Position numbers and translations under genes: made by a program
Shown: positions 28,852 through 43,712 of the stretch, piece by piece
Numbering within the stretch: the first letter of the stretch is position 1
How the letters are laid out: the number at the start of each line of letters is the position of its first letter
Origin: Eledone cirrhosa
Lineage: Eukaryota
DNA length: 64,000 nt
NCBI GenBank assembly: GCA_964016885.1
Contig: OZ024743.1
Span: forward strand, 231,384,001 to 231,448,000
Direction: 5' to 3'
Notes under the pieces: generated by a model
Seen by the model: only the letters and a program-made list of their open reading frames with translations
The model's database searches: none
What the model was told of the DNA's origin: nothing

Positions 28852-29071
28852 TCCTTTGTCAGTGTTGAGCAAACGAGCAACGATTTTGCTAGACACTATG
28901 GCTTATTACGGGATGTTTGTTTACAAACACATCGAGCATTATAATAAACGTTCGGTGAATCCATACGTACATATATATATGTGTGCATGTATGTATATAT
29001 ATATACATACTACTGTACGTCTGTATACATATATGTATGTACGTGTACATACTTATATATATATATATATA

Positions 29072-30698
29072 CACGTCCTTCACCTTCCACCACCACACAT
29101 AGAGACAGACAACAGGATTACCCATGGGATCCAGCCTATCGGGCCTGCTGGCCATCACCTACATGAACCAGCTAGAATGCCGAGCCCTCAACACCTGCCA
29201 TTCCCATGCCTTATTCACCCGATATGTAGATGACATACTCATCCTTACATCATCCCGTGAGGAGGCAGATAAAATATACACAACATTCTCCAGCATGGAC
29301 GCCAGTATAAAGTTCAGCATGGAACACTCCGATGACCGCGGATCCCTATCCCTACTGGACTTCCAACTCCAGGTAACAGAGGAAGGCAACATCCACACCT
29401 GCTTCTATAAAAAAGCCGCCAGCAGGGACCTGTTCGTACATTTCAGATCGGCCCTCCCATTCGGTGCCAAGTTCGGATACATAAGGAACGAACTGGCACG
29501 TATCCGGAACAAATGCACCGACGCTAGAGACCGAGACACACACACCACACATTTCCTGGAAGTACTCAAACTGAACGGATACACGACATCCACCACAAAC
29601 CGTGCCAGAAAGAACAGAGGACACCACACCCGAGGCACTAACACTTGCTTCCTGAAGCTCCCATACTTCAGTGAAGAAACAACAACAGCCATCCGCAGAG
29701 CCATCAGACGAGAGGGACTAGATATCCAACTGGCCCACTCAGGTCCTTCTCTACGCGGACAGCTAACCAAAAGACACTCCACCAGACATGACAACTGCTG
29801 CAGACTAGCCAACTGCCCCATCAACGACACAGACCTATGCCACCAGGCTTACGTCGTATACAGACTAGAGTGTGACAAATGCAACAACTTCTACGTAGGT
29901 AGCACCACCAGACCACTCCACATAAGAATAAAAGAACACCTCAATACTAACGCTTCCTCATTTAAGAAACACCTAGTTAAATGCAAAAACACCGACAAAA
30001 CCATAACAGTTAGGATAGAAACTAAGGAAAGAAACCTCGGCAATCTTAGAATTAAGGAAGCACTAATTATAGATAAAACACAACCACCAATCAATAATTG
30101 ACTAGAACTCAACACCCAATTTATAACCTGATAGGGCTTCTAGCCCCATATTTACACCCCCCACACACACACGCTTACACCTCCACTTATTCTCTCTCAC
30201 ACATACACACACAAAACCAGTTCTAACACCAGATAACACCTATCCCCCACATTTACGAATTGACTTATCTTCTCACACTCACACACACACACTCACATAC
30301 TTACACCTTCATGCATTCTCCCACACACTTAAACAGGCATGTATATGAAAAAAACCCCCAAACAATCCCCTTTTAAAGGGAGACTACTCTTTATCCACCT
30401 AATTTTAACTCGATGACATTAGAGATAGAACAGATACTCTATACTATTTCCTGTCAGCATGGCTTGGCAAGCTAGTTAGAACGCTGGTTTGAGACCTTTA
30501 TTTCCGTCTGAAGAAGAGATATTATCTCGAAAATTAAGGACATTTAAATAAATCTAAGGTAAAATACGAATTGTCAACAATATCTTTTGCAATTGCATTC
30601 TTTTTTCTACGCCCATAACTGCATTGTTTTGGCTTTATTATACATATTCAAACGTTTATACCTCATTACACAATGCTTCAAGTGAACTATAACCTCCT

Positions 30699-30702
<4 letters not shown>
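29072..30702 (+). mobile_element. 5'-truncated Penelope-like element (ORF 29124-30101: RT C-terminal half + GIY-YIG)
   Basis: GLPMGSSLSG, FTRYVDDIL, LSLLD, FYKK, VVYRLECDKCNNFYVGSTTRPLHIRIKEH, IKEALII..QPPIN; hammerhead-like motif at 30497-30552 (CTGAAGA-aGAGAT att ATCTC-GAAA). Confidence 0.93.
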
Positions 30703-30732
<30 letters not shown>

Positions 30733-31881
30733 TACATATACACACACACATATATATATACATGCATATATATATATATACACACACACAAATATTTATA
30801 TATACACATACGCACACACACACACACATATATATATATAGGGGGGAGAATAGCCATCCTTATGGGTGATATAATATTGGCAACAAGTAAAAACATTCCG
30901 ATGTGATCGGCCTCCGTTATGGACGTACACTGTTTCAACACCTATCAATGGTAGTGCTTGTACACCAGGGCTAACATTCTCTGCAAAATATTCACACACA
31001 CACACACACACTCCTTCGATTGTTAAGACGAAATCAAAACAAAATAACTCATGCGTATATAATTAAACGTACCATATATCCGTCATACAATACATGACAA
31101 AAAAGATCACTTAGATTTGAAGACTGGTATTCATTCTTATTGTACGATTTAAATGCCTTGCCTTTAATTCTACACAGATAAGGTTTCTTTCACCTTGCTT
31201 TTGCCTAAATATTCCATGGACAGTGTTTCACTATTTTGTATCACACTGTGACCCCGAATCGACTTGCCTTACAATCGATGACCTAGTAGATTTTATTTTG
31301 CATGTGGCACTTTTGCATACAAGCACACAGACACATACACACACACACACACTCACAGACACACACATACACACGCACACACTCTCTCACACACATACTT
31401 ATATGTATCTGCGTGTATATTATTTTATATTTTACGATAACCTCCCCTTCCCATTTGGGAACAGTGTGAGAATTTGTTTTGAAGGACTGCTGGACTTTCA
31501 AACTTAGCGGTTCTTCGAGCACTGACGGTGAATATCGGTGAATATTAATATCGATGTAGTATTTTATATTGATATTGCCTGGGCATTCCACTGAAGAGTT
31601 ATAAGGGCCCTCTTGCAAGTAAATCTGTTGATCATATGCAAGCTTCTACATAATTGGACTTTTTTCTCCCACCTTGTAGAAATCTTATAACGAAACAATC
31701 GTATGGAAAGTGAGATTTATTTAATTATGTCTCATATAAAATAATAAAACCGACTTTCCACATAATACAATATAGTTAGCACCCCAACCGTAAAATTGGG
31801 AATATACTTAGGTATTTCCTAATGTTGGTTGAGTGAGATGGAAGTTGGTCGGAGCATCGCTATTAGCTGTTAATGTATACA

Positions 31882-31946
<65 letters not shown>

Positions 31947-32404
31947 GTGTGTGTGTATATATATATATATGTATGTATGCAATATCTGGGCTGTTGTATT
32001 GGACTTTGTTAATGGATCTCGATGTCACCAAATTAACTCTACCACTTTACCTGATAGTTAAGTTTTCAATAAGAATATGTTTGTACCACTGACACTGAAT
32101 ATTTTTATTAATCCGAATATATCCTTTTCTCTAAAAAGTCAACCCCGGTTTTCTAACGTCATTTTGCTAATTACTTACATCCACCAGCAATATGTGCCAC
32201 AGATACATCTGCTTTATGGCATACTCTGCGAAGTAGGGAGCAAATTTGTCCATCGATGTTATCTTTTATCTATTTCATTCTGAGTGCCTGTTCTTGTACG
32301 ACATTAATAATAGCCTCAGTGCACGTTTTAATCCAACCTGTCCTGAAGCAAAGCCATTGGATTAAAAATGTCGTTAATTGCACCTGGAAATTTGCCATGA
32401 AGAT

Positions 32405-33082
32405 CCTTTCCCCCTGTGCCTCTTATTGTTAAAGGAACAATGAAAAATTCCCCAATAGGGGAGGAGACTTCCGAGGGCCATCGTGGAGAAAGCCTATTAG
32501 AAAAAGCCACGGTGACCCTCATCACCAGGGCAAGTGCCCTCTCCTAGTTTTCCACCTTCAATTTACAGGCACATACTCAGCGTAGGTCCATTCACCTGGG
32601 CCATTCTTGCCTCTCTCACCCATCTTTCAACAAAATGCTGGGAAGCGAGCACTTGCCCTGATTTACCTTTTCAAACGAAATTTGAAAAAGTTAATCAGGG
32701 CATCACCGAAGAGGTAAGTGCTCGTCTTCAGCCCTTTCAGACGCGTCCACCATACTATCTATTTCACCATGGCCACCAGACAGGTAAAAACTGCGTGCCC
32801 TTCCCTGCTAAAGTAAGAGGGCGGGGAAATCCTCACGATGGACTCAGCTGATAGCCGGATCCGTTCTACACGCGACAGAAGGTGTTCGACATAAACCCAC
32901 AAGTCATCAATGCTCGGATACCGGAAAAGTGCGTGCAGGTCGGTTTGGTCGCCCTGCACGCATCTCGGACATGCCGGGCTGAGGGTACTTCCATACCTGT
33001 AGAATTTATCCCGAACTGGCAAAGCTCCTCGGTAGCACTGCCAGGATAGGGATTTCTGGAAGTTGTCCATAGACCCCGATAC
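32405..33082 (-). mobile_element. L1/Tx1-clade LINE 3' fragment
   Basis: DNFQKSLSWQCYRGALPVRDK...CPRC...LHAL (zf-RVT-like); homologous to 58720-59360. Confidence 0.85.
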
Positions 33083-33089
33083 TAATAAT

Positions 33090-33795
33090 AAGATAGGGAA
33101 AAGGACGCACGTGGTGGATAGAGTGTTATGGAATCGCTCCCGTAAGTTTTTGATTTTTAACATATTTAAAACAATTGTGATATAACAATTTTTAGTACAA
33201 ACGGGACATAAGGCGCCAGTCTTCGCTCGCAGGAAATGAGAACCCATAATATCCTGGTATATCTCTCAAATATTCAATTTTGTATTATAAATTTTATATT
33301 CAAAAAAGAAAATGGTTATATATGGAAGAAAATCCCCTCTGTCTACACTATATAGAACAGCTAAATAACAGCAATTTTACCACAACCACAACATAGATGC
33401 ACCACCAATCCCACCACCCCTCTGTGTACACTAAATACAACAGCCAGATAACGGCAATTTCACCACCACCACCAATCCCTGTATAATAATACTAATTACT
33501 ATTATTGTATCTCAAGTTTTCTCAAAATGTTTAATTCAAATATTAAGGAAATATGTCAACAATCATATTAAACATAGGCGACAATCCGCATAGATATACA
33601 GATGAAACAAACGCATACTAGCTAAAGTCTATTCAACGGAACTCAGTAGCGACAACACCATCACTACAGTCACCCCCACCACAATTCCATCATTGCTACC
33701 ACTATCCCATCACCACCGCCACCTCTCCATCATTGCTACCCCTCTACCTTCTGTTAACTTAAGAAAGGGGAAGGTGGCGGTATCAGTAGACAAGG
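33090..33795. repeat. ACC-rich spacer unit, copy 1 (others at 38062-38765 and, partially, 43040-43230)
   Basis: Direct homology, for example CACTAAATACAACAGCCAGATAACGGCAATTTCACC in all three copies. Confidence 0.8.
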
Positions 33796-34060
33796 GAGAG
33801 GCTAGCAAAAGATATAAGTAGACTGACTTAGTGACCCGGTCAAACGTCAACGACTGTGGCACTGCTGGCTACCCCTTTCCCCACCAACAATAGAAAAACT
33901 TCAGCATCACCGCCGACATAGTCAACAACAACAACAGGCAACTTCAACAAAATGTATATTATGTTATTAATAATAATTTCATTCTTAAGCCACGCAGTGC
34001 TCACATAAAGGAACAACTCATGATAATAACAATTTAAAGAAGAAAAAAAAAGAAAACCCC

Positions 34061-37000
34061 GTGACCAAGAAATACCGGGATGGCGGCCGACAGGGAATAG
34101 CTGTGTCTCTAGGGGAGGACGACCCCCTAGTCTTGGTTGACACTCGTCCTAGGAGTGGTAACACGAAATGATTACCCCTAGACTGTTAAGGATAAAACGA
34201 AATAAAATAAAACCAATGTCAAATGATAAAATCTCATACCGGATCAGCCGTCACCCGGTTCAAGAAGGGCTGCGTCCCTCAGAGAGGAACCAGACTGGGG
34301 TAAAAAAATTAGCTAATGGTTCAAACCTTCCCATCAATTCGGAACTGGAGACCTCCCATAACTGGAATACTCCTACTGTTGGCCCTCCATGCTCACCACC
34401 AAGAAATCCAAAGAAAAAGATAGAAAATGGTCAAGGGAAGACATAAAGAAGTCCCCGAGGCTTTCTACACTCCCATGTACTACCCATCAAATAGATCGAA
34501 TACAGAACAGACATATATCAACTGAAAAAAAAAACATCCCGAAAACAGAGGATATATTGAAAGTATCAAACTAGCCAATATACGAAGAAATGTTGTTAAG
34601 AAAAAGTTACTAACTGATATAGAAATTGATCAGATGAAGAAATTAACGCAAAGTCAGCGAAGGAGAAATGAAACATGTGTCAGTGAAAACGAGGTAAATT
34701 GTAACACCTCGAATCTCAGGGTTGGGGCGGAATCACTGACAGCAGAACAAATTAAAGAAAGGATCGAAAAATTGGAGGGAGTGCCTGCTCAAGATGAAAC
34801 TCAAAATGAAAACAATGAGATCGTAGATGATAAAGAAATGAATGAGAATGAACTTGCCAACTTGAAGAATGAAATTATCATCGAATGGATGAAAATGAAA
34901 GAATCTGACATGGGGGAACGAGACACTCTCCCTAAGATCCAGAACTCCAAACAGAACCAAAAGATAATACAAAAGACTAACATAATTCTCAAAAACATTA
35001 TCATCACAAACAAACTAAACAGTACTGATCTAAATCATATCTATTATGCATCGGCTAAAGTCACCACTCACTTATGTGGAGTGAAAATGAAAAAAACAAA
35101 GTAATTCCCAAAAGAAACCTACTTGGCATGAGAATATCACTCGCCAAATAAACCTTCTCCGATCTGACATAGAAATTTTAACAAACTACAAAGTAGTTGA
35201 ACATGTTAAACAAACTAAACTTAGAAAATTGAAAAGAAAATACAGTATAAAATCAACAAGTGACATGCTGATAGAAATAATCAAGCAAAAAGTGTCGGCC
35301 AAAGCTACTCGTATAAGGCTCTTTGAAAAACGATCTAGATTCTAAGGACAATAATATGTTCAAAAACAACCAAAGAAATTTCTACAGAAAAATTGGCAAG
35401 TCAAGAATAACTGCTAAATCAATACCACCCAAGGAGGAAGTGCAAGAAATCTGTGAAAAGATCTGGGCCGAAGAAAAAGTTCATAAAAGTTCATGCCCCA
35501 TGGATAGACAGACAAATGAAAGATACAACTCACCCTGAGGAACAAACACGGGAAAATATAACAGTTGAACAGTTGCGTTTGGCTCTGAGAAAAACCAAAA
35601 AATGGAAATCCCCAGGAAAAGACAAAATACAAAATTGTTGGATAAATGCCTTCACAGAGTCTCATGAGCTGTTAGCCCAACTTTACAATGAAATGGTTAA
35701 GGAGCCAGAAAAGATACCATCATGGCTAGTTAACGGCATTACACTCCTACTTCCGAAGAATGATGAGACAAACAATCCCAAAAATTACAGACGGATAACT
35801 TACTTGACCACAATGTATAAAATGTTAATATCAGTCCTAACTGAATATACATATGATCACCTGATAACAAATGATATATTTCCCAATGAGCAGAAAGGGT
35901 TGTAAACGATGCTCATATGACTCTAAAGATTAAATTTTGGTTAACAAAATGATACTGGAAGATTGTCATAATAGACACAAAAATCTATCAATTGGCTTGG
36001 ATAGATTACAAAAAAGCATTCGATAGTTTGCCACACAGTTGGATTGAAAAATGTTTAGAGATTTTCAAAATATCTCCCGTTGTCAGGAGGTTCCTGTCAT
36101 TCCATATGAAGACATGGAAAACGACACTCCTTTTGAATAGTGAAACAAAATCACTGGAAGCTGGAGAACTTAATATTAATTGCGGAATTTTTCAGAGGGA
36201 CTGTTTATCACCGCTTTTATTCTGCATCGCACTTATACCATTAAGTAAAATGCTCAATGAAACAAAACATGGATATAAAGTCTATGACAAAACCATTAAT
36301 CACTTGTTCTACATGGATGACCTGAAACTATTTGCAAAAAATGATGAACAATTGCAATGGCTATTATCCACTGTGAAGCAGTTCAGTGATGACATTAAAA
36401 TGGAGTTTGGACTAGTTAAATGCGCTAAAGCAACATTCACCAGAGGAAAGCTGCTGAAAAGTTCAGACATTAATCTTGATCGGGGGAATGTGATAAGAGA
36501 GCTTGATCAAGAGGAAACCTACAAATATCTAGGTGTTTGTGAAGGAGACGGATTCAAGCACTCGACAAAGAGGGAAAGCATAAGGAAGGAATGTTACCAC
36601 AGTGTAAGAGCAATCTTAAGAACGGAATTTAATGCAAGGAATAGGATCGATGCCATAAACACGCTTGCCATACCAGTAGTAACCTACAGTTACAATGTTA
36701 TCAACTGGTCAAGCACAGAGATCCGTAGGCTGGATACAAAAATTAGAAAATTCTTAACCATGCACAGAATGCATCAATCTAAGGCAGATACAGATAGAAT
36801 ATATCTCCCTAGGAAAGAAGGAGGACGTGGGTTAATCCAGTTAGACATTGCGTTGAAAACTGCAACAATTGGATTATCTACATATCGAAGGGAATCACAT
36901 GATTGGATGATCAAACTCGTTTTGAAACACGAAAGCATCAAAAGATCATACTCCATTACAAAAGATGCAAAAAGATACTGTAATGGACTACACATTTCAG

Positions 37001-38006
37001 AAGTTCCATTTACTGCTGAAAATAAAAATACAGAAAAACAAGGCAGGTAGAAGTAACTGCAAAGGATGAACTGTTACAGAAACTGGCTAAGAAATGGCAA
37101 AAAAAGCCTCTGTATTGAAAATACCCAGAAAGAGCTAACAATCCTGATGTTGACAAAACATTAACCCATCAGTGGTTAGCATCCTCTGGATTGAAATCGG
37201 AGACGGAAGGACTAATTATATCAGCACAAGATCAGTGTCTGCAAACAAAAAATTACCAACCGAACATAATAAAAAATGGATGCAACCCATTATGCCGTGT
37301 CTGTAAAAAACAACCAGAGACCATTGATCAAATAATTTCAATGTGCAGTCCAATAGCTCCAACCGAATATCTAAACAGGCACGACAGAGCTGCACAATAC
37401 ATACATTGGATAATGTGTAAGCATTTTGACCTGCCCCATCAAAACAATTGGAGGGAGCATCAACCACCTCCCGTACTTTAAAAAGATCACATCTCAATCT
37501 TGTGGAACTTTAGCATCCAAACAAACCGAAAAATAGATGCAAATAGACCTGATATAATATGAAGGAATTTAAAAAGAGGGTATGCCTGCTAATTGATATG
37601 TCCGTTCCAATAGACAAGAATCTATCTATAAACACATTTTTTTAAAAATATTAAGCAAGTATAAGGACCTGGAGATAGAAATCGGAAAATGTGGAAATTG
37701 AGAACTAAAACAATACCAGTGGTTGTAGGCGCTCTAGGAATGATACCTAAGGGGGATAATGATTACTTGTCGAAAATCCCAGGAAAACCGCGTATAGGAG
37801 ATATACAAAAGATAGTACTAATGGGAACTGCCCATATACTAAGGAAGATTCTGTCAATATAAGTACATCACAATTCTAAACATCTAAAGATGCATGTGTG
37901 TGTATGTATGTTCTTTCTTGAACATGGCGGACCTTGTTGTCTCTTGAGGTTACTGGTTGTGACTTGGTGATAACTCGTATGAACATAAAACAAGATAAAT
38001 GCAACT

Positions 38007-38061
<55 letters not shown>
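34061..38061 (+). mobile_element. R4/Dong-clade LINE, family A, full-length but decayed, (TAA)n tail
   Basis: WKSPGKD, AWIDYKKAFDSLPHSWI, HLFYMDDLKLF, CRVCKKQPETIDQIISMC, RHD, NRPD (restriction-like endonuclease); several frameshifts. Confidence 0.92.
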
Positions 38062-38063
<2 letters not shown>

Positions 38064-39410
38064 TAGGGAAGAAGACGCACATGGTGGAAAGAAGGTCATG
38101 GAATCCCTCCCGTAAGCTTTTGATTTTTAACATATTTAAATCAATTGTGAAATAACAATCCTTATTACAAATGATGCATAAGCACCAGACTCAAGTCTCA
38201 GGAAAATTCGGATCCATAATATATTGTTATATCGCTCAAATATTCAATTTTGTAATATACATTTTACATTCAAAAAGAAAATGGTTATAAATGGAAGAAA
38301 ACCCCCTCTGTCTACACTATATAGAACAGCCAAATAACAGCAATGTCACCAACACCACAAACTAGATACACCACCTACCCCATCACTCCTATGTATACAC
38401 TAAATACAACAGCCAGATAACGGCAATTTCACCACCACCACCGCCAATCCCAGCATAATAATTATAATTACTATTATATATTGTCTCAAGTTTTCACACA
38501 ATGTTTAATTCCAATATTGAGGTATATGTCAACACATATACGCGACTAACCACACAGATTCACCGATCAAACAAAAATACAGTCTATTCAACAAAACTCA
38601 GTAACGACAACGCCATCACTACAGTCACCGCCGCCACCACCCATCCATCATTGCTAACACTATCCCATCGCCGCCACCGTCACTCCTTCATTGCTGCCAC
38701 CGCCATTCCCCCATTACCTTCTGTTAACTTACGAAAGGAGAAGATGGCGGTATCACAAGACAATGTTAATAAACATTATTAATATTTAATTTTGGATCAG
38801 GAATGTTAGAGTCGAAAAGGAGAAAAATGGCAAAATGACTAAATAGCTAAATAGCTAAAGATAATTTCACCACCAACACCGCCGCCACTACCACGCTAAA
38901 AACTCTGGTCAAGTTGCCTCGGCCGCTATTTCTACTTCAACTTCAACACCATCGCTACAGTACTACGAACACATCACCACCGCCACTGCCTCATTATCGC
39001 TGACACCGCTATTCTCTCCCACTGCCTCCTGCTAGGTACTACTAGCACAGCACCGCCACCACCACCACCGCCACTGTCTCATTATCACTGCCGCCGCTAT
39101 TCTCTCCCACTAGCCCCTACTACATCGTAGTGTCCCCGCTAAAAGAGGAAGGCATCAATATATATAAATAGACTGAATTGATGACCCACTCAAAATCAAA
39201 AAGCCAAAAATCAAAATCAAAGCAGCACAGCAACAACGAAAAACGTAAAGAAAAGAAAAATGAATAGAAAAACAAACAGACGGACAGAGAAGGGAAGGGA
39301 AAAACTAAGTCAGACATTCAAACATTACATTACAATGAAACTTATGCTTATTCATTTTGGGTTGTTTTTTTTGCCTGTTTGTTTGTTTGTTTATTTATGT
39401 TCGTCTACAG

Positions 39411-42400
39411 CGTGATAATGCCACACAAAAATCACCGGGAGTGACGAAATCACCGGAGGTGATGTAATCACCGGTTGTTATGTAACCATACATTCACCAA
39501 TCCTCGGTAAGAGTGTTTAAAAGTCGAACTTAAATAGTTCGAATAACGGTGAAATGGAGACTAGAATGTCATGTGACAGACTCTCACCCAACAGGTGCTC
39601 CCTGGCTCAGCAGCAGGGACCTGGCTGTCAACCAAATACTGCTGGTGTCGGAGGAAGAAGAAGGAAAAGGACCAGAACCAACTAGACGAAAGAATTGAAT
39701 AGAACTGTTACGCAATGTTATCTGAAGAGTAACCCCAAGGAGAAAGGCTGTAGGAAACGGATGCATAACATCTGGAACGAGATTGGTCTATTTAAATTAG
39801 ATGAACGAAAATTGGCCGGCAGGCTCGGGTAATAAGAACTAATGGGTGGATAAGCGAGCTGGAGCTGGAGGAACTGAGCAGAGAGATTAGGTTGGAAATG
39901 GAGAGTGGAGTATGCCAGGCAAACGAGCCAGGGGAAATGAAGGTGAAGAGGTCGAGAGAATGGAGGAACCACCCGAAGCAGACAATGATCTGAATGCTGA
40001 AATAAATAATACCTGTAACAGAGATACGACCACTGAGGAGATGAATGCTGACGGGCTAGGACAAGATTTGGTTGATATCCTAAACTTAGTGGTAGATGAA
40101 TTGAACAATGATAGTGGGAAACCTATGAACCTAAGATTTTTAGACAGGAAAAAGTTAAAAGAAACAACAGGTAAGGTAAACAAAGTCATCCCATACCTTG
40201 AGGCGAGGAGCCTTCACCAGTGCAACAATATCCTCAAAGCAACGGCAAATACAGCGAGGAAACTACTTGGTATAAAAGCGAGAGGAAACAACAAACAAGA
40301 AAGATCAAAGCCTTCGTGGAAGAAACGACTGAGTGGTCAAATCAGGGTAATGAGAAATGACATTGGAAAGTTTGAGTCCCTACTGAATGGGACACTAAAA
40401 AACATAGACACTAAAAATAGACTGGAAATAAAGTACAAGACTAGGAGGAAAAAGCTAAATATCATCATAGAGGAACTGAAGCAACGTATTGTAGCAAAGA
40501 GTGCAAAAATCAGGCGATACGAGAACAGAGTCAGTCAGTATAGACAGAACCGCATGTTCGACAACAACCATAGACTTGATCCCTGAGGCGGAACAAACTA
40601 AAACATTCCGGTGAGGAATATGGGAGCATGATGTTAAACATAATGACCAGGCAGTGTGGATTGATACAGTACAGAAGGAGATTAGTGAACAGGCACACCA
40701 ACAAACTGATTTGAGTATCACAGTTGAAACTCTTAAGGGGCAGGCCAAAAAACTAACCAACTGGAAATCGCCAGGCCCAGATGGTGTGCAGGGGTATTGG
40801 ATTAAAAATATAACATCCCTCCACCCGAAACTGACCACCATGTTCAATGACTGCTTTATGTCAGGTGAGGTACCAGAGTGGTTGACAAAAGCTGCCACAG
40901 TTCTGATAATGAAACACCGAATCAAGAGTAATGATGTTACCAACTATAGACCTATCACATGTCTGTCCGTAATGTGGAAACTGTTGACAGGCATTATGTC
41001 TGAGGAAATCTACTATCACCTCCACACAAACAACTTGTTACCGGACGAACAGAAAGGATGCCGAAAGAAGTCACGTGGTACAAAGGACCAGTTACTTATT
41101 GATAAGATGGTAATGAGGAATTGCAAGAGGAGACACACTGGTCTTGCCATGGGATGGATAGACTACAAAAAGGCATTTGACATGGTGCCTCATTCTTGGA
41201 TCACCAAAAGCCTGGAGATCTTCAGGGTGGCAGATAACATCAGACAGCTGTTGGGCAAAAGTATGAAGTCCTGGGAAACAGAGTTAACATCAACTGGAGA
41301 ATCCTTGGGAAGCGTGAAGATCAAGAGAGGTTTCTTCCAGGGAGATAGTCTGTCCCCTCTTTGTTTGTCCTAGCCCTGATGCCCCTGACCAGTGTACTGC
41401 GAAAAGTGAGAGCAGGATACAGGTTGGAAAAGGGAGGGCTTACCATCAATCACCTCCTCTTCATGGACGATCTTAAGCTCTTCGAGAAGAGTGAGAAGGA
41501 GTTGGATGTGCTTGTTGACACTGTCCATATTTTCAGCAATGATATATGTATGCAATTTGGTATTAGTAAGCGTGGAATAATTTTGATGAAGAGGGGGTAA
41601 ATTGAGCAGAAGTAACGGAATCCAGGTACCAACAGGTGAGATGATAAAGGAAATTGACTCTGAAGAAGGATACAAGTATTTGGGTGTTCTGGAGGCTGAT
41701 AACATCAAGAACAAAAAAATGAAGGAATTGATGAGAGCTGAATACATTCGGAGAATAAGGAGCGTATTAAAATCACATCTGAACAGTAGGAATGCCATAA
41801 GTGCAGTAAATTCCCGAGCTGTGTCTATTATTAGGTACAGTGCGGGAATTCTGAGATGGAATGTTGCTGAACAAAAAGAAATGGATAGGAAGACTAGGAA
41901 GCTATTGACTATCTACAACATGTTCCACAAGAGGTGTGATGTCCATAGACTCTACTTAAGGAGATCTGAAGGTGGAAGAGGTCTTATCAGCATAGAGGAC
42001 TGTGTTCAGATGGAGAAAAACAACCTACACAAATACGTGACTGATAGTAAGGAGCCAATGCTCAGAACTGTACTGAAGGAGGGGACAATAGACCAGGGGA
42101 TGTACAAGGAGCAAATAACATCAAGGAGAAAGAGCAGCCTTCAGGAAAAATTCCTTCATAGTACCTTCTTTGAGAAAACTGAATTCAGAGATCCACAGAC
42201 ATGGAACTGGTTGAAAAGAGGAGACCTTAAAAAGGCTACTGAAGAAATGTTAATGGCTGCGCAGGAGCAGGCCCTCAAAACTGAGTGGTTGAAACACCAT
42301 ATTTACAAGGACGAGGCTAGCCCACTGTGCAGGATCAGTGGAGAGAGAGAGGAGACTGTGGCTCACATTGTATCCGAGTGTAAACACCTAGCCCAGACTC

Positions 42401-42958
42401 ACTATAAGGGCTGGAGACATAATGTGATGGGCAGAGTGATCCACTGGCACCTATGCAAAGTAAACAATTTACCACATTCTGAGAAGTGGTATGAGCATAA
42501 GTCAGAGTCGGTGATAGAAAACTATTAGGTGAATGTGCTGTGGGACTTTAGGATATAGACGGACAAGAAACTGGAACACAATAGACATGACCTGGTGGTT
42601 GTGGACAAAGAAAAAAGATCGTGCCTGATTGTGGATGTAGATTGCCCATTCGACACGAGAGTGCAAGAGAAGGAGAGGGAGAAAATTAACAGATACCAGG
42701 ACTTAAAGTGGGAGGTAAAAAGGATTTGGAACTGCTATGAAGTCAAAGTGGTCCCGATTGTCTTAGGCGCACTAGGGACTATCTCAAAAAGTTTCCAGGG
42801 ATGATTAAAGAAATTGGCCCATTCACACTTTTTGGAACGCTTCAAAAGTTATGCTTGCTGGGAAGAGCAAGAACCCTCCGATACGTCCTGAATATCTCAG
42901 GCTGATATTCATTTCAACAAACTTTCCAGTTAACTAACATCAATGACTGAGACTCAAA

Positions 42959-43036
<78 letters not shown>
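39411..43036 (+). mobile_element. R4/Dong-clade LINE, family B copy 1, decayed, (TAA)n tail
   Basis: Frameshifted homologue of 43842-47234. Confidence 0.93.
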
Positions 43037-43037
<1 letters not shown>

Positions 43038-43712
43038 CAAACTCACCAAAACTCACCAACACCAGAAACTAGATACACCACCCACCCCATCATCTGTGTG
43101 CACTAAACACAACAGCCAGATAACGGCATTTTCACCTTCACCACCACCGCTCACTACGGCCATCATTACCACCACTATCCCATCACCGCCGCCACCACCC
43201 CTTCACTCCTTCACTGCTGCCACCGCTACAGCACCATCACTACAGTAATACGGTCACATCACCGCCACCACTGCCTCGGTATCGACATCACCACCACCAC
43301 TGGCTCAGTATCGCTACCGCCGCCAGTCTCCCACTTCTCCCTGCTGGCTGCTACTTCCACATTATAGAATTCCTACTACTAACAAAGAGGAAGGCATCAA
43401 AATATATAGATAGACTCAAAAGAAAAAAGAAAAAACAAACAACAAAACCAAAGCAGCACAGCAACAACAGCAACAACGAGAAAAACAAACAGAGAAAAAC
43501 AAAAACAAAAAAAGAAACCCCCAAAACGTAAAGAAAATAAGAATGAAGAGAGAAGCAGGCGGACGGACAGAGAAGAGGGGGGAAAAACTAAAACTTAAAA
43601 AACAAAAACTAAGTCAGACATTCGAACACTACATTACAATGAAACTTATGCTTATTCATTGTTGGGGCCCTTTCTGCCTGTGTGTTTGTTTGTTTATGTG
43701 TGTTCGTATACA

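Noticed and set aside
29159-30115. Antisense ORFs over retroelement coding regions (also 40-48 kb and 59-62 kb)
   Set aside because: Shadow frames of RT genes with no independent motifs
30915-30975. GAAAC..GTC motif on the minus strand (similar case at 13820-13920)
   Set aside because: Core and stems are too degenerate to call a hammerhead
32759-33247. 162-aa ORF as a novel fusion gene
   Set aside because: Chance open frame across the junction of an L1/Tx1 fragment and the spacer repeat
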